Shown in pieces: positions 52,758 through 63,648 of a DNA stretch of 64,000 nt (position 1 is the stretch's first letter; each line of letters starts with the position of its first letter). Location: NCBI GenBank assembly GCA_017431625.1, contig JAFRKQ010000015.1, forward strand, positions 17,608-81,607, in the 5' to 3' direction. The notes below the pieces were generated by a model that saw only the letters and a list, made by a program, of their open reading frames with translations, made no database searches and had not been told where the DNA came from. The position numbers and the translations under genes were made by a program. This DNA comes from a bacterium (lineage in GTDB: Bacteria > Patescibacteriota > Microgenomatia > UBA1400 > PJMF01).

Positions 52758-55163
52758 TTATTTTTTCGGTGTCGCTTGATCTTTATGATTTGTTTTTTTC
52801 TTGGCTACAGGCTCAAGAGCAATCTCGAGGTTTTCGCGAACGCTTTTGGTGGGTACAAATTTGATATTCTTGCGAATTTCTTCTGGTATCTCTACCAAAT
52901 CACGCTGATTTTCCCAGGGAATACAGATAGTTTGACACCCCGCTCTAGCAGCGGCAATGGATTTTTCCTTAAGGCCACCAATACGCAAAACTTTGCCGCG
53001 CAATGTTACCTCGCCAGTCATAGCCACATCTTTTTTCACTGGACGCCCAGTAAGCGCTGAGACTAGAGCAGTCACGATGGTTACGCCAGCAGAAGGGCCA
53101 TCTTTGGGCACGGCTCCTTCGGGCACATGTAAGTGAATGTCGGTATGATCAAGTTTTTTGATAGTTAGTCCAAAGTCAGCAGCGTGAGAGCGAACATAAG
53201 TCATCGCTGCTTGAGCTGATTCTTTCATGACGTCACCTAGCTGACCTGTAAGCTTAAGCTCTCCTTTGCCTTCACTGGTGGCCACCTCAATAAAAAGCAC
53301 ATCGCCACCAACACTGGTCCAAGCAAGGCCGGTCGCAACACCCACCTCGTTTTCTTGGTTTTTTATGCTGACATCAAATTTTTGTGGGCCTAAAAATTCG
53401 GCTAATTTTTTGTCATCCACAACAATATTTTGGAGTTTTTTGTTGGCTACTAGGAGACGGGCGCTTTTGCGCATGATCTTGTCGAGTTGTCGGGAGAGTT
53501 CGCGCACACCAGCCTCTTTAGTATAATTTTCGATAATTTCATTAAGAATTTTTTCGTCGATGGTGACCTGCTCTGGTTTGAGACCGGCATTGGCCAAAGA
53601 TTCTGGCAAAAGATATTTTTGGGCAATGATCATTTTTTCCGAGACGGTGTAGCCAGCATAGCGGATAATCTCCATCCGATCGAGCAAAGGCTCGGGAATG
53701 TCAGTGGTATTGGCGGTGGCAATAAATATTATTTTGGATAAATCATAGGGCATGTCAAGGTAATGGTCTTCAAAAGTTTTGTTTTGTGATGGATCGAGCA
53801 CTTCGAGAAGAGCAGCTGAAGGATCCCCGTGATAGTCATAGTCCATTTTGTCAATTTCATCAAGCATAAAAACGGGATTGCTGGTGCCAGCTTGTTTGAG
53901 ACCATTGATAATTCGACCCGCCATAGCGCCGACATAAGTGCGTCTGTGGCCACGAATTTCGGCTTCATCGCGGACGCCACCTAGGGAAATGCGGGCAAAC
54001 TTGCGTCCCAAGGCTTTGGCAATACTTTGACCAATGCTAGTTTTGCCCACTCCTGGCGGTCCCACAAAACACAAAATTGTGGGCTTTTCGTTGACTTTTT
54101 TTTGATCTTGATGTAGGCGCAAGACGGCGATGTATTCCAAAATCCGATCCTTAACTTCTTCCAGACCATAATGAGATTCATTGAGAATTTTTTCGGCTTT
54201 TTTGAGATCAAGGACATCATTGCTAAATTTATTCCACGGCAGTTCAAAAACGGTGTCCAGCCAGTTGCGCAAATAAGAGCTTTCGGGATTGAAAGATGAG
54301 GTGGAACGAAATTTTTGCAATTCTTTTTTGATTTTGTTTTTAATAGCTTCGCCAACGTCAAGTTTTTTGAGTTTGTTGTCGTATTCGCTGGAGTCATCGC
54401 CTTCATCAGTCAGTTCGCCCAATTCTTTTTGGATCATGGATAGGCGCTCGCGCAAGATATTTTCGCGCATGTTTTTTTCCATTTTTTTGTGAGTTTTGGT
54501 GATGACATCGGTTTCAATTTTGGCCACTTGCAGCTCGGTATTTACTTGCGCCATAGTGATTTTAATCCGCTCACTAATTTTGGTCGCTTCCAAGAGTTTT
54601 TGCTTATCACTGGGGCTGGCTGACAAAAGATTGCCAATGTGATCACAAGCTTGTCCTGGAGGTAATACACGCAAGAAAGCTAAAAAATTCTCTGGTTGCT
54701 CAATCAAACCAATGCTGATTAGCTGGGAAAAATCATGCAGGAGATGATTACGCATGAGTTCGATTTTTTCGGGTGTCAGGTCATATTCATCTTCAACAAT
54801 TTCGACATTGGCAATAATTGCTTTGTTGGCCGCGCTCGTGCGTCCCCAATTCAGTACGCGTGCACGGTGAATAGCGGTAACATTAACTGAATAACTATCG
54901 CGCTTAATGTCCTGAGTCACCGAACCGACTTTGGCAATAACTCCCATCTTGAAAAGATCGCGAGCGGTGGGATTGTCAATATTGGGTGATTTCTGAGCGG
55001 TAATAAAAATAAAATCTTGGGATTTACGACTGGCACGGACGGCAGCTTTGCTGGATTCGCGAGTAAAAATCATCTGAGTCTGCATGCCGGGGAAAAGAAC
55101 ACCCTCTTTGAGGGGGGCGGTGGGTAATAACATGATATTTTCTAAAATTTCGACTTCTGACAT
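52758..55163 (-). CDS. lon: ATP-dependent Lon protease
   Basis: LON N-domain, AAA+ Walker [10 protein letters not shown], proteolytic domain PKDGPSAG; leaderless ATG 55163. Confidence 0.9.
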   Translation of the reverse strand: MSEVEILENIMLLPTAPLKEGVLFPGMQTQMIFTRESSKAAVRASRKSQDFIFITAQKSPNIDNPTARDLFKMGVIAKVGSVTQDIKRDSYSVNVTAIHRARVLNWGRTSAANKAIIANVEIVEDEYDLTPEKIELMRNHLLHDFSQLISIGLIEQPENFLAFLRVLPPGQACDHIGNLLSASPSDKQKLLEATKISERIKITMAQVNTELQVAKIETDVITKTHKKMEKNMRENILRERLSMIQKELGELTDEGDDSSEYDNKLKKLDVGEAIKNKIKKELQKFRSTSSFNPESSYLRNWLDTVFELPWNKFSNDVLDLKKAEKILNESHYGLEEVKDRILEYIAVLRLHQDQKKVNEKPTILCFVGPPGVGKTSIGQSIAKALGRKFARISLGGVRDEAEIRGHRRTYVGAMAGRIINGLKQAGTSNPVFMLDEIDKMDYDYHGDPSAALLEVLDPSQNKTFEDHYLDMPYDLSKIIFIATANTTDIPEPLLDRMEIIRYAGYTVSEKMIIAQKYLLPESLANAGLKPEQVTIDEKILNEIIENYTKEAGVRELSRQLDKIMRKSARLLVANKKLQNIVVDDKKLAEFLGPQKFDVSIKNQENEVGVATGLAWTSVGGDVLFIEVATSEGKGELKLTGQLGDVMKESAQAAMTYVRSHAADFGLTIKKLDHTDIHLHVPEGAVPKDGPSAGVTIVTALVSALTGRPVKKDVAMTGEVTLRGKVLRIGGLKEKSIAAARAGCQTICIPWENQRDLVEIPEEIRKNIKFVPTKSVRENLEIALEPVAKKKTNHKDQATPKK

Positions 55164-55172
55164 ATGGGGCGT

Positions 55173-55214
55173 ATTATACCACAACTTTTAGCAGTGTCAA
55201 GGGCTGGTTGCTAA
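55173..55214. promoter_or_regulatory. lon promoter (TTGACA-16-TATAAT, minus) overlapped by CIRCE-like inverted repeat
   Basis: TTAGCAGTG-N9-GGTTGCTAA at 55188-55214. Confidence 0.55.
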
Positions 55215-55242
55215 AAAAATGCTGCCAGTCAAACGGAAAACG

Positions 55243-55251
55243 TGGTATAAT
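55243..55251 (+). promoter_or_regulatory. Extended -10 (TGgTATAAT) for suf operon
   Basis: 11 nt upstream of sufC ATG 55263. Confidence 0.5.
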
Positions 55252-55262
55252 ACAGACAATTG

Positions 55263-56021
55263 ATGACGAAAACAGATGATTTGCTACAGATTAGAAATTT
55301 AAGTGTCGCGTTGGAAACGAAAAAAGTTTTACATGATATTGATTTGACTTTGGGCGTTGGTCAAACATTGGTGCTTTTGGGCCCTAATGGCGCGGGCAAA
55401 TCGACTTTGGCAAACACGATTGCGGGTATTGATCGTTACCAATTGACACAGGGCGAGATTAATTTTTGTGGACAAGTGATTAATGACTGGTCGCTAACTC
55501 GTCGGGCACAAGCTGGTCTGATGATGACGTGGCAAAATCCTCCGTCCTTGCCAGGAGTATTGACGAGTAATTTTTTACGTCAAGCCTACGAAAAAACTGG
55601 ACAGGAAAAGCTAACTATCTTTGAGTTTCAACAAAAATTGAACAAATTTTGTGAACAATTACACCTACCAATTACCATGATGTCACGTGATTTTGGTGTG
55701 GGATTTTCTGGAGGCGAAAAAAAGAAGTTGGAATTGTTACAACTATTATTACTACGACCGCAAGTGGCCATTGTTGATGAACTCGATGCTGGCTTGGACA
55801 CTGACGCCGTCAAATTGGTGAGTCAAAACTTGCGTGCTTTCCAAAAAGAAACGCAGGCAGGCCTGATTATCATCACTCACACAGCCCAAATTTTGGCTCA
55901 TTGGCCAATTGATGATGTTTTGGTGCTATATCAAGGACACATTGCGGCCACTGGTGGTCAAGAGTTAATCGCTCGCATACAAAAAGATGGTTATAGCTGG
56001 CTAAAGGAAGAAGATGACTAA
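55263..56021 (+). CDS. sufC: Fe-S cluster assembly ATPase SufC
   Basis: ABC ATPase with Walker A GPNGAGKST and signature FSGGEKKK. Confidence 0.9.
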   Translation: MTKTDDLLQIRNLSVALETKKVLHDIDLTLGVGQTLVLLGPNGAGKSTLANTIAGIDRYQLTQGEINFCGQVINDWSLTRRAQAGLMMTWQNPPSLPGVLTSNFLRQAYEKTGQEKLTIFEFQQKLNKFCEQLHLPITMMSRDFGVGFSGGEKKKLELLQLLLLRPQVAIVDELDAGLDTDAVKLVSQNLRAFQKETQAGLIIITHTAQILAHWPIDDVLVLYQGHIAATGGQELIARIQKDGYSWLKEEDD

Positions 56022-57354
56022 GGGTCTGGCGCGCGAGCTTGTCATGGAAATATCGCGCATTAAAGATGATCCGGAGTGGATGCGTCAATTGCGCTTGCAA
56101 AGTTTGGATATATATAATAGTACCCCCTTACCCGCATGGGGGCCTGATTTATCTGGTTTGGATTTATCACAGATTGAAACTTTTGTCTGGCCGAAAAACA
56201 AAATCCATGATGACTGGTCTCAAGTGCCGCCTGAAATTCGCGATACTTTTTCTCGTCTGGGTATTCCACAAGCAGAAGAGAAATTTCTTGCTGGCGTGGG
56301 AGCACAACTAGATTCTGAGATGGTGTACCATCGTCTACAAGAAATGGCAGCCGAACAGGGAGTGTATTATGCTGATTTGGAAAGTGCTTTGCATTCTGAT
56401 TATGAGTCAATGATCCGGGAACATTTTGCTACGTTAATCAAACCAACTGATCATAAATTTGCTGCTTTGCACACGGCGGTGTGGTCAGGAGGTTCTTTTG
56501 TGTATTTGCCACCCGGTGTGAGTTTGACATTGCCTTTGCAAGCTTATTTTCGTCTCAACGCCAAGGGGGCGGGACAATTTGAACACACGTTGATTATCGT
56601 CGATCAGGGTGCGAGTTTGCATTTTATTGAAGGTTGCTCGGCACCACGCTACAATCAAGTTAGTCTACATGCTGGTAGTGTAGAACTTTTTGTGCGTCCG
56701 CGCGGCTACTTGCGCTATACTACGATCGAAAATTGGTCGCGCAATATGTATAATCTCAATACCAAAAGAGCGTACGTGGATGATGAGGGCGTGATTGAAT
56801 GGGTATCGGGAAGTTTTGGTTCGTGTACCACCTGTCTGTATCCAGAAAGTATTTTGGCGGGTGATAAAGCAAAATCAAGTTATTCGGGAGTGACTTTTGC
56901 GGGGACTGGTCAGTGCTTGGATACTGGTTTTAAAGTGCAACATTTGGGTCGTAATACTAGTAGCCATGTCCAAGCGAAGTCAATCGCTAAAGGTGGCGGA
57001 GTGTCAGTTTTTCGCAGTAGTATTTGGGTGGGCGATCAGGCAGCTAATACCAAGACTTCATTGGCTTGCCACTCATTAATTCTGGATGCACACTCGCGCA
57101 GTGATACTATTCCGGCGATGGTGGTCAATCATCCGGAGACTGATTTGGGACATGAGGCGAGCGTGGGGCGTGTCAGTGATGAGCAATTGCATTATTTACA
57201 GGCGCGAGGCTTGACTCAACAGCAAGCATTACAACTTTTGGTTAGTGGTTTTGTTTCCGATTTTACCAATCAATTGCCACTAGAATACGCGTTGGAGATG
57301 AATAATTTACTTAATTTGGAATTGTCTCCAACGAGTAAGGAAGGACAAATATAA
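56014..57354 (+). CDS. sufB: Fe-S cluster assembly protein SufB
   Basis: 446 aa SufB/SufD-family beta-helix, overlaps sufC by 8 nt. Confidence 0.9.
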   Translation: MTKGLARELVMEISRIKDDPEWMRQLRLQSLDIYNSTPLPAWGPDLSGLDLSQIETFVWPKNKIHDDWSQVPPEIRDTFSRLGIPQAEEKFLAGVGAQLDSEMVYHRLQEMAAEQGVYYADLESALHSDYESMIREHFATLIKPTDHKFAALHTAVWSGGSFVYLPPGVSLTLPLQAYFRLNAKGAGQFEHTLIIVDQGASLHFIEGCSAPRYNQVSLHAGSVELFVRPRGYLRYTTIENWSRNMYNLNTKRAYVDDEGVIEWVSGSFGSCTTCLYPESILAGDKAKSSYSGVTFAGTGQCLDTGFKVQHLGRNTSSHVQAKSIAKGGGVSVFRSSIWVGDQAANTKTSLACHSLILDAHSRSDTIPAMVVNHPETDLGHEASVGRVSDEQLHYLQARGLTQQQALQLLVSGFVSDFTNQLPLEYALEMNNLLNLELSPTSKEGQI

Positions 57355-58280
57355 TGCAGAAAAATATTGATAAATCAATTATTTTTCTGGATAAATTTGT
57401 TGCTGTGCCAACGTGGAGTTGGTTGGGTTTGCAACCTCATGACGCTCTGGTGGCAGTTAATTCATCGGCAACTCAAGTCCAAATCGACAAAAAAATACCA
57501 CGACTGATAACTTACCGAATAAGTGATTTATCGGTGGACAACAGTGGCTTGGCAACCATTAATTTACAACTTGTTTTGGCGCCTTTGGCATCTGTCTGCT
57601 TGTTATTAGATTTTGGCGCATTGGATAAATTGGAAAAAATAAAAAGCGTTTTTTGTTGCTTGAAAAGTGAACTGCCGGCGCACGCGCAGCTGCGAGTTGG
57701 TATTTGCGTGCATGCTGGCAGCCGCCAAAATGTAAGCATCATCGGTCAGTGGCGTTTGCAGCGTGATAGTCAGCTTGAGTTGGCTGGTATGTACACTGGA
57801 GATGGCAAAGTTAGTGATAGACAGTTTGTTTTTTTAGCCGCACCACGAGCGCATGCGAGCGTTCAAACTTTTTACGATAGCGGTGGCGGGCAAATTGATA
57901 ATGATTATCAAATTGTTCATGCGTCTTCACAGACGCGAAGTCAGATTAATACTGATGGTATTATCCGGACAAATGGCCAAAAAACCTGGCGGGCTACCAT
58001 AGATTTTCGCGCTGGTAGTCGTGGCAGTCAAGGGAGTGAAAGCGAAAATGTTTTAGTTTTGGGACAGGCTGGGAGTAATAAATCGTTGCCGATAATTCTG
58101 ACACATGAAGATGATATTAAGGCAACACACAGTGTTAGCAGTGGTCGTGTGAGTGATGAAGTTGAGTGCTATGCTAGTGGTCGCGGTCTGACTCGCGAGC
58201 AAATAGAACAACTTTTGATTGACGGCAAGAAACAAAAAGTGCAAGGTTTGATTGATCAGTGGTCGCAAACAAAAGGATAG
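57354..58280 (+). CDS. sufD: Fe-S cluster assembly protein SufD (short form)
   Basis: SufB/D C-terminal beta-helix, position between sufB and sufS. Confidence 0.7.
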   Translation: MQKNIDKSIIFLDKFVAVPTWSWLGLQPHDALVAVNSSATQVQIDKKIPRLITYRISDLSVDNSGLATINLQLVLAPLASVCLLLDFGALDKLEKIKSVFCCLKSELPAHAQLRVGICVHAGSRQNVSIIGQWRLQRDSQLELAGMYTGDGKVSDRQFVFLAAPRAHASVQTFYDSGGGQIDNDYQIVHASSQTRSQINTDGIIRTNGQKTWRATIDFRAGSRGSQGSESENVLVLGQAGSNKSLPIILTHEDDIKATHSVSSGRVSDEVECYASGRGLTREQIEQLLIDGKKQKVQGLIDQWSQTKG

Positions 58281-58286
58281 CTATTT

Positions 58287-59525
58287 ATGGAGACAAAAAA
58301 TATTTTGCGTGATGAAGTAGTGCTGCGCCGACGTGGTGATTTCCCTTTTTTGTCTACGCATCCAGAACTGGTTTATTTTGATAATGCGGCGACGACACAA
58401 AAACCACAATCGGTTTTGTGGTCACAACAGAATTGGTATCAAAATCTCAATAGCAATCCTTTACGCGGAATGTATGATTTGAGCGCCAAAGCGACCGCGC
58501 AATATGAACGCGCTCGGGCCTTGGTGGCTAGCTTTATTGGTGCCAACACTGATGAAATCATTTTTACTAGCGGGGCGACAATGGGTTTAAATTTTTTGGC
58601 TTTAATGCAAACCGCCAACTGCCAAAAAGGTGACGAAATCTTAGTGTCAGTTTTGGAGCATCACGCTAATTTACTCCCTTGGCAAGAATTAGCGAGACGC
58701 AACGGAGCGCGTTTGGTCTATATTGAGCCGGATGAAAATGGTTTTTTGAGCGTGGATGCGCTGACAAGACAAATGTCAACACGGACCAAAATTGTCGCGC
58801 TGACTGGCATGTCCAATGTCGTTGGCAATCCGCCAGCGCTCAAACACATCAGTCAACTGATTCATAAAAACAATGCCTTATTTTTTGTTGATGGAGCGCA
58901 GTTAATCGCTCATCAGGCTATTAATGTTCACGCTTTGGATATCGACGCTTTGAGTTTTTCGGGACACAAGCTTTATGGTCCAATGGGGATTGGGGTTTTG
59001 TATCTGCGCCGCCAATTGGCCGAACAAGTGCCGCCGATTTTTGTTGGTGGTGAAATGATTAGTGAGGTGACTCGCGATCACTTTACTCTCGCGCCAATTC
59101 CACAACGCTTTGAGGCTGGCACAGTCAACGCCGCTGGAGCAGTGGGTTTAGCCAAAGCCATCGAGTATGTACAGGAGCTGGGAATGAATAATATTGCAGC
59201 TCGCGAACAGGAATTGACTATGTATTTGCTGCAGCAAATGCAAAGCTTGCCGGCAGTACAGATTCTTGGTAGCGCTAATGCCAGTGATCATTGCGGCCTT
59301 GTAAGTTTCAATCTTGCCGATGTCCATGCACACGACGTGGCGACTATTTTGGCCAGTGAAGGGATAGCAGTGCGCGCGGGTCATCATTGCGCGGCGGTTT
59401 TGCATCAGTTTTTCGGTGTACCAGCAAGCGTGCGAGTGAGTTTGAGCTGGTATAATACGCGCGGAGAAATTGACAAATTTATCCGTGTGTTAGCGACAGT
59501 ACGTGGGAGAATGGGTTATGAATGA
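58287..59525 (+). CDS. sufS: Cysteine desulfurase SufS
   Basis: Class V aminotransferase; SFSGHKLYGPMGIGVLY PLP-Lys region; active-site Cys (RAGHHCA). Confidence 0.9.
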   Translation: METKNILRDEVVLRRRGDFPFLSTHPELVYFDNAATTQKPQSVLWSQQNWYQNLNSNPLRGMYDLSAKATAQYERARALVASFIGANTDEIIFTSGATMGLNFLALMQTANCQKGDEILVSVLEHHANLLPWQELARRNGARLVYIEPDENGFLSVDALTRQMSTRTKIVALTGMSNVVGNPPALKHISQLIHKNNALFFVDGAQLIAHQAINVHALDIDALSFSGHKLYGPMGIGVLYLRRQLAEQVPPIFVGGEMISEVTRDHFTLAPIPQRFEAGTVNAAGAVGLAKAIEYVQELGMNNIAAREQELTMYLLQQMQSLPAVQILGSANASDHCGLVSFNLADVHAHDVATILASEGIAVRAGHHCAAVLHQFFGVPASVRVSLSWYNTRGEIDKFIRVLATVRGRMGYE

Positions 59526-59964
59526 TAGTTTTTATGGTGAAGTCCTAACGGAACATTATTTGTATCCGCGACACCAGCGGCAATTGGCGACTTATGATCG
59601 ACGCCAAGTGGGTGTGAATGCGAGTTGTGGTGATAGTTTGGAACTGCAAATTAAATTTGCCGGTGATCGAATTCAGGATTTGGCTTTTAGTGGTCAGGGG
59701 TGTGCGCTCTCGCGAGCCAGTAGTGACATTGTCTGTGGACTTTTGCAAGGACGCAGTCTGAGTGAAGCCCAAAAAATCATTGTCGCTTTTGATCAATTGG
59801 CGGCGGGTCAGGCCCATGAAGAACAAAAACAATTACTTGGTGAAGCGGTAAGTTTGGAGTCGGCGCTACAAATGCCTTTGCGGACCAAGTGTGTACAGTT
59901 GGCGTGGACACTAGCAGCTCAGTTGCTCCGGCCAATGTCTAGTGATAACAAAAACGAAACATGA
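59518..59964 (+). CDS. sufU: SufU/IscU-like Fe-S scaffold
   Basis: CGDSLELQIK...GQGCALSRASSDIVCG three-Cys scaffold; ATGA overlap with sufS. Confidence 0.8.
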   Translation: MNDSFYGEVLTEHYLYPRHQRQLATYDRRQVGVNASCGDSLELQIKFAGDRIQDLAFSGQGCALSRASSDIVCGLLQGRSLSEAQKIIVAFDQLAAGQAHEEQKQLLGEAVSLESALQMPLRTKCVQLAWTLAAQLLRPMSSDNKNET

Positions 59965-59980
59965 CAAGTAAGCTGGCAAC

Positions 59981-61183
59981 TTAAATAATGCCCAATTGGT
60001 AACCAGCGACTAGCATGATGACTATACTGATAGTCCCCCAAATGAGATTGAAAAGATGTTGCAAGCGCTGGACATAAAGATTGGCAATAAATTCACGAAT
60101 TAGAGCATTATTATAAAAATACCACGGTGCTTTAGCACCAATACCAATGGCTTTCAGGCCAATGGCGTGTGCGATCACCCCGCTGCGCCACACATGATAG
60201 CCTGTGGTAGCAAAAACAACGTTTTTATTGCCCTTCAATTGGTCGATAATTTTTTTGGAAAAAGCCATGTTTTCCCGAGTTGTTTTCGATTTATTTTCGG
60301 TGATAATCTTATGGGTACTAACACCTTTGGCCACAAGGTAATTCTTCATCGCTTGAGCTTCGGAAATCACCTCGTCACTTCCTTGTCCACCAGAAGGAAT
60401 ATAAGTGATAGCGGGTCCCAAAGCCTGTTTTTGCGCGCCAGCAAAGGCCAAAGCCCGATCAAGTCGTCCTTGTAGAATGGGTAGTGGTTGTCGATCACTG
60501 CCGACTTTGCAGCCTAAAATAATAAGAAAGTTTTGGTTAAGCGGCGGCTGATAATGTTCTGACTTGAGAGTGCAAATAATGACTCCCACCATCATACACT
60601 CAAGATAAGCGATAATAAGGCTCATTTCCGCTTCAAAAAAATAGATCAGACCATCAACAAGTCGAGAATGATCACCAATGAATTCGTCGAGAATAGCATA
60701 AAGATTGGGGACGATAAGACTGCTAAGTGTCAAGAGACTGCCCAAAGTAATGCCCAACATATTACTGACGCGATAGCCTTCCTTTTTGATCAGGACAATG
60801 TTGCTAATTACCAGCATCACGGCGAGCATCAGAGCAAAAGGCATCATCATCCATACGTGAATGGCAAAAGCATCAATGATAGTTTCATAAATATCATTGA
60901 GAGTAAAATTTTCAAAACCAAACAATAACCGATAAAGTTGAAAGACAATGGCATTGAGTAAAAAATACAACACCCCGAGATTGGACATAAGTGAATAAGA
61001 ATACATCGTGATTTTGGCTTGCGCGCGGATAAAGTAATAACAAAAAATCGCAATGACCACCATTACCACGAGTTTTTCGATTTCAAAAACCAAGCCAAAA
61101 AACCGGCTGCTAAAAGTATAATGATTGATCAGATGACAAATAATTATCATGCCGACGCTGATGGCCAAGGCCCGCTTTTTCAT
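59981..61183 (-). CDS. Polytopic membrane protein with C-terminal DUF218 (SanA/YdcF-like) domain
   Basis: N-terminal TM bundle; C-terminus ...IPSGGQGSDEVISEAQAMKNYL...TTRENMAFS DUF218 signature. Confidence 0.6.
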   Translation of the reverse strand: MKKRALAISVGMIIICHLINHYTFSSRFFGLVFEIEKLVVMVVIAIFCYYFIRAQAKITMYSYSLMSNLGVLYFLLNAIVFQLYRLLFGFENFTLNDIYETIIDAFAIHVWMMMPFALMLAVMLVISNIVLIKKEGYRVSNMLGITLGSLLTLSSLIVPNLYAILDEFIGDHSRLVDGLIYFFEAEMSLIIAYLECMMVGVIICTLKSEHYQPPLNQNFLIILGCKVGSDRQPLPILQGRLDRALAFAGAQKQALGPAITYIPSGGQGSDEVISEAQAMKNYLVAKGVSTHKIITENKSKTTRENMAFSKKIIDQLKGNKNVVFATTGYHVWRSGVIAHAIGLKAIGIGAKAPWYFYNNALIREFIANLYVQRLQHLFNLIWGTISIVIMLVAGYQLGII

Positions 61184-61271
61184 AAGAGTGATTATACCAC
61201 ATATCTTATCTTCCAGCTGTGGTATAATAACGACACTTGGCTATATAGTAGTACTGACTAACAAGGAAAAT

Positions 61272-62393
61272 ATGACCCAAAAAAAGACCAAAACTCAAGC
61301 GCAAACATTGGTAGTGGGGGCAGGCTTGTCGGGAGCGGTCATTGCCCGACGTTTGGCTGAAGAAAAAAATGAATCAGTGTTGGTGATTGACCGGCGCGAA
61401 CAAATCGGTGGCAACTGTTTTGACCAAAAAATCGAGGGGATTACAATACACCGTTACGGGGCACATATTTTTCACACTGACGATCAACAAGTGTGGACGT
61501 GGCTGTCGCGCTTTACTTGCTGGCATGAATATCGTCATCAAGTCCAAGCGCAATTGCGTGACCAGCTGATTTTTTTACCTTTCAATCTTAATGCTTTGGA
61601 ACAATGTTTTGCTCCCGAAAAAGTGACTTTAATGAAAAAAACACTCAAACAACATTTTGCGTCAGGACAAAAAGTGACGATTTTGCAGTTGCGTCAAATT
61701 CAGGATCCGGTCTTGCAAGAATTAGCTGACTATGTTTATGAACACATCTTTTTGCACTACACGCTCAAACAGTGGGAATGTCGGCTAGAAGATTTGGATA
61801 TGAGTGTGGCCGCTCGGGTGCCAGTAGTTTTTGATCGCGATGATCACTATTTTGCCAATCGCTATCAAGCAATACCGGCACAAGGTTATACGGCGATGAT
61901 AGAGAAAATTTTGGACCACCCCTTAGTCCAAGTACGTCTTGACACTGACTATCAATCGCTTAAAAATCAAGTTTTTCGGCATGTTTATTTTACGGGGGCA
62001 ATTGATGAATTTGGTGATTATTGTTTTGGGCCGCTCCCCTATCGCAGTCTGGAGTTTGTCAACCAAAAACTCGATCAAGAATACTATCAAGCAGTCAGTG
62101 TCGTTAATTATCCCGAAACACAAGAGTTTACCCGTATTATTGAACATAAACACTTTTTGGCCGAAAAAACACCCTACACCTGGATTACTCGCGAGTATCC
62201 ACGTTGTTTTGTGCTGGGACAAGGCGAGCGTTATTACCCGATCCAAAATCAAGCCAATCAAGAGTTGTATCGGCGCTATCGCGATCATTTAGCGAGTCAT
62301 CAGGATATCACTTTTTTGGGACGTTTGGGCGATTATCAATATTATGACATGGATAAAGCGGTGGCGCGAGCTTTGAACCTTGAGTTGCGCTAG
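61272..62393 (+). CDS. glf: UDP-galactopyranose mutase
   Basis: LVVGAGLSGAVIARRLAE FAD motif, ...IGGNCFD..., Glf C-terminal region; leadered with SD AAGGAAA. Confidence 0.85.
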   Translation: MTQKKTKTQAQTLVVGAGLSGAVIARRLAEEKNESVLVIDRREQIGGNCFDQKIEGITIHRYGAHIFHTDDQQVWTWLSRFTCWHEYRHQVQAQLRDQLIFLPFNLNALEQCFAPEKVTLMKKTLKQHFASGQKVTILQLRQIQDPVLQELADYVYEHIFLHYTLKQWECRLEDLDMSVAARVPVVFDRDDHYFANRYQAIPAQGYTAMIEKILDHPLVQVRLDTDYQSLKNQVFRHVYFTGAIDEFGDYCFGPLPYRSLEFVNQKLDQEYYQAVSVVNYPETQEFTRIIEHKHFLAEKTPYTWITREYPRCFVLGQGERYYPIQNQANQELYRRYRDHLASHQDITFLGRLGDYQYYDMDKAVARALNLELR

Positions 62394-62414
62394 TGCTGGC
62401 TCACTAAGACTTTT

Positions 62415-62540
62415 TATCTTATAGGATTTTAACCCTTTTTTTGTCAAAATCTCCAGGCAGAAAAATTTTATTTAATCCTATAATATATGTTATCGATTTA
62501 AAACCAGGCATGAAATTAAAATTATATAGGATAATATTGT
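62415..62540. repeat. ATTATAGGAT/ATCCTATAAT box repeat element, copy 4
   Basis: TTATAGGAT-N47(CTCCAGGCAGAAAAA)-ATCCTATAAT-N36(AAACCAGGCATGAAA)-ATATAGGAT. Confidence 0.7.
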
Positions 62541-62592
62541 ATAAATTTTTTACTCAAAATCGGAAAAAATCACCTTTTGATAAGCATTTTTG

Positions 62593-62666
62593 TGACTCCA
62601 GAGGGATTCGAACCCTCGATCTTTTGGATGAAAACCAAATATCCTGGACCGCTAGACGATGGAGCC
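62593..62666 (-). tRNA. tRNA-Glu (anticodon TTC)
   Basis: Reverse complement GGCTCCATCGTCTAGCGGTCCAGGAT...TTTGG-TTTTCAT-CCAAA...GAGGG-TTCGAAT-CCCTC-TGGAGTC-A closely parallels canonical tRNA-Glu. Confidence 0.85.
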
Positions 62667-62778
62667 AATATTCAAGAACTCACGTATTATATCACGTTTT
62701 TTGACAAATGTAGGGAGCAGTTTGGCCAAATTGGTCGTGGGCGTAGGAAAATGACCATGAATGTATGCTTTTGTTATC

Positions 62779-62807
62779 TTGACAAATGGGTCAAGTCCTA
62801 GTAAACT
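62779..62807 (+). promoter_or_regulatory. Promoter TTGACA-17-TAAACT, leaderless ftsE
   Basis: ATG 62815 seven nt after -10. Confidence 0.5.
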
Positions 62808-62814
62808 TGCACTT

Positions 62815-63648
62815 ATGATAAAGTTTGACCAAGTCAGTAAGGATTTTTGCCACGGACAAAAGGTTGCCTTGGAGGATGTATCTTTTGAAATAGATGATGG
62901 GGAGTTTGTTTTTGTCACTGGTCATTCTGGTAGTGGCAAAACCACCCTTTTGCGCTTGCTGATGCGTGAACTCCAACCCACTCATGGGACAGTGTATTTT
63001 GACAACAAAAATTTGCGTCGTCTTTCACGTGGCCGTGTAGCCAAACATCGGCGCAAAGTGGGAGTGGTTTTTCAAGACTATCGCTTGATAGAAGAGCTGA
63101 GTGTCGCTGAGAATATTGCTTTGCCTTTGGTGATTGCCAAAGCGCGCCGACGAGAGATTGACAAGCGCGTGACAGAACTGTTGGAGCTTTTGGGTTTGGA
63201 AGGCTACGAAAATGTTTTCCCCTCACAACTGTCCGGTGGTGAAGCTCAGCGAGTTGGCTTGGCCCGAGCTTTGATTACTGCTCCCGAAGTAATTTTTGCT
63301 GACGAACCTACAGGTAATCTTGATGCTGAAAACGCCTTGGAATTACTCAAACTTTTGGCGAGTGTGAATGAGTATGGTACCACAGTGATTATGACCACTC
63401 ATGATTTGAGTTTGTTGTCACAAATTGCCAATGCTAGACATATGGATTTTCGACGTGGACGCTTGGTACAAGATACTGGGAGTGCTATCAAAAATATGTT
63501 GGTAGGTAGCAATCCTGCCAATACTAAGCAACCAACCGAAAAGGTGGAGAAAACAGCACCAACTCCAGAAGAAATCACGGTGGAAGCATTGAGTGAAGAT
63601 CATGCTCCACAACCGGCAAAAAAGTCACAGAAAGACGAGCATGAGTAA
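62815..63648 (+). CDS. ftsE: Cell-division ABC transporter ATP-binding protein FtsE (with C-terminal extension)
   Basis: Walker A GHSGSGKTT, signature LSGGEAQR, Walker B IFADEPTGNLD; followed by ftsX. Confidence 0.85.
   Translation: MIKFDQVSKDFCHGQKVALEDVSFEIDDGEFVFVTGHSGSGKTTLLRLLMRELQPTHGTVYFDNKNLRRLSRGRVAKHRRKVGVVFQDYRLIEELSVAENIALPLVIAKARRREIDKRVTELLELLGLEGYENVFPSQLSGGEAQRVGLARALITAPEVIFADEPTGNLDAENALELLKLLASVNEYGTTVIMTTHDLSLLSQIANARHMDFRRGRLVQDTGSAIKNMLVGSNPANTKQPTEKVEKTAPTPEEITVEALSEDHAPQPAKKSQKDEHE

Noticed and set aside
62441-62918. Three short ORFs overlapping tRNA-Glu and repeat copy 4
   Set aside because: Overlap a well-folded tRNA and an AT-rich repeat; no start context.
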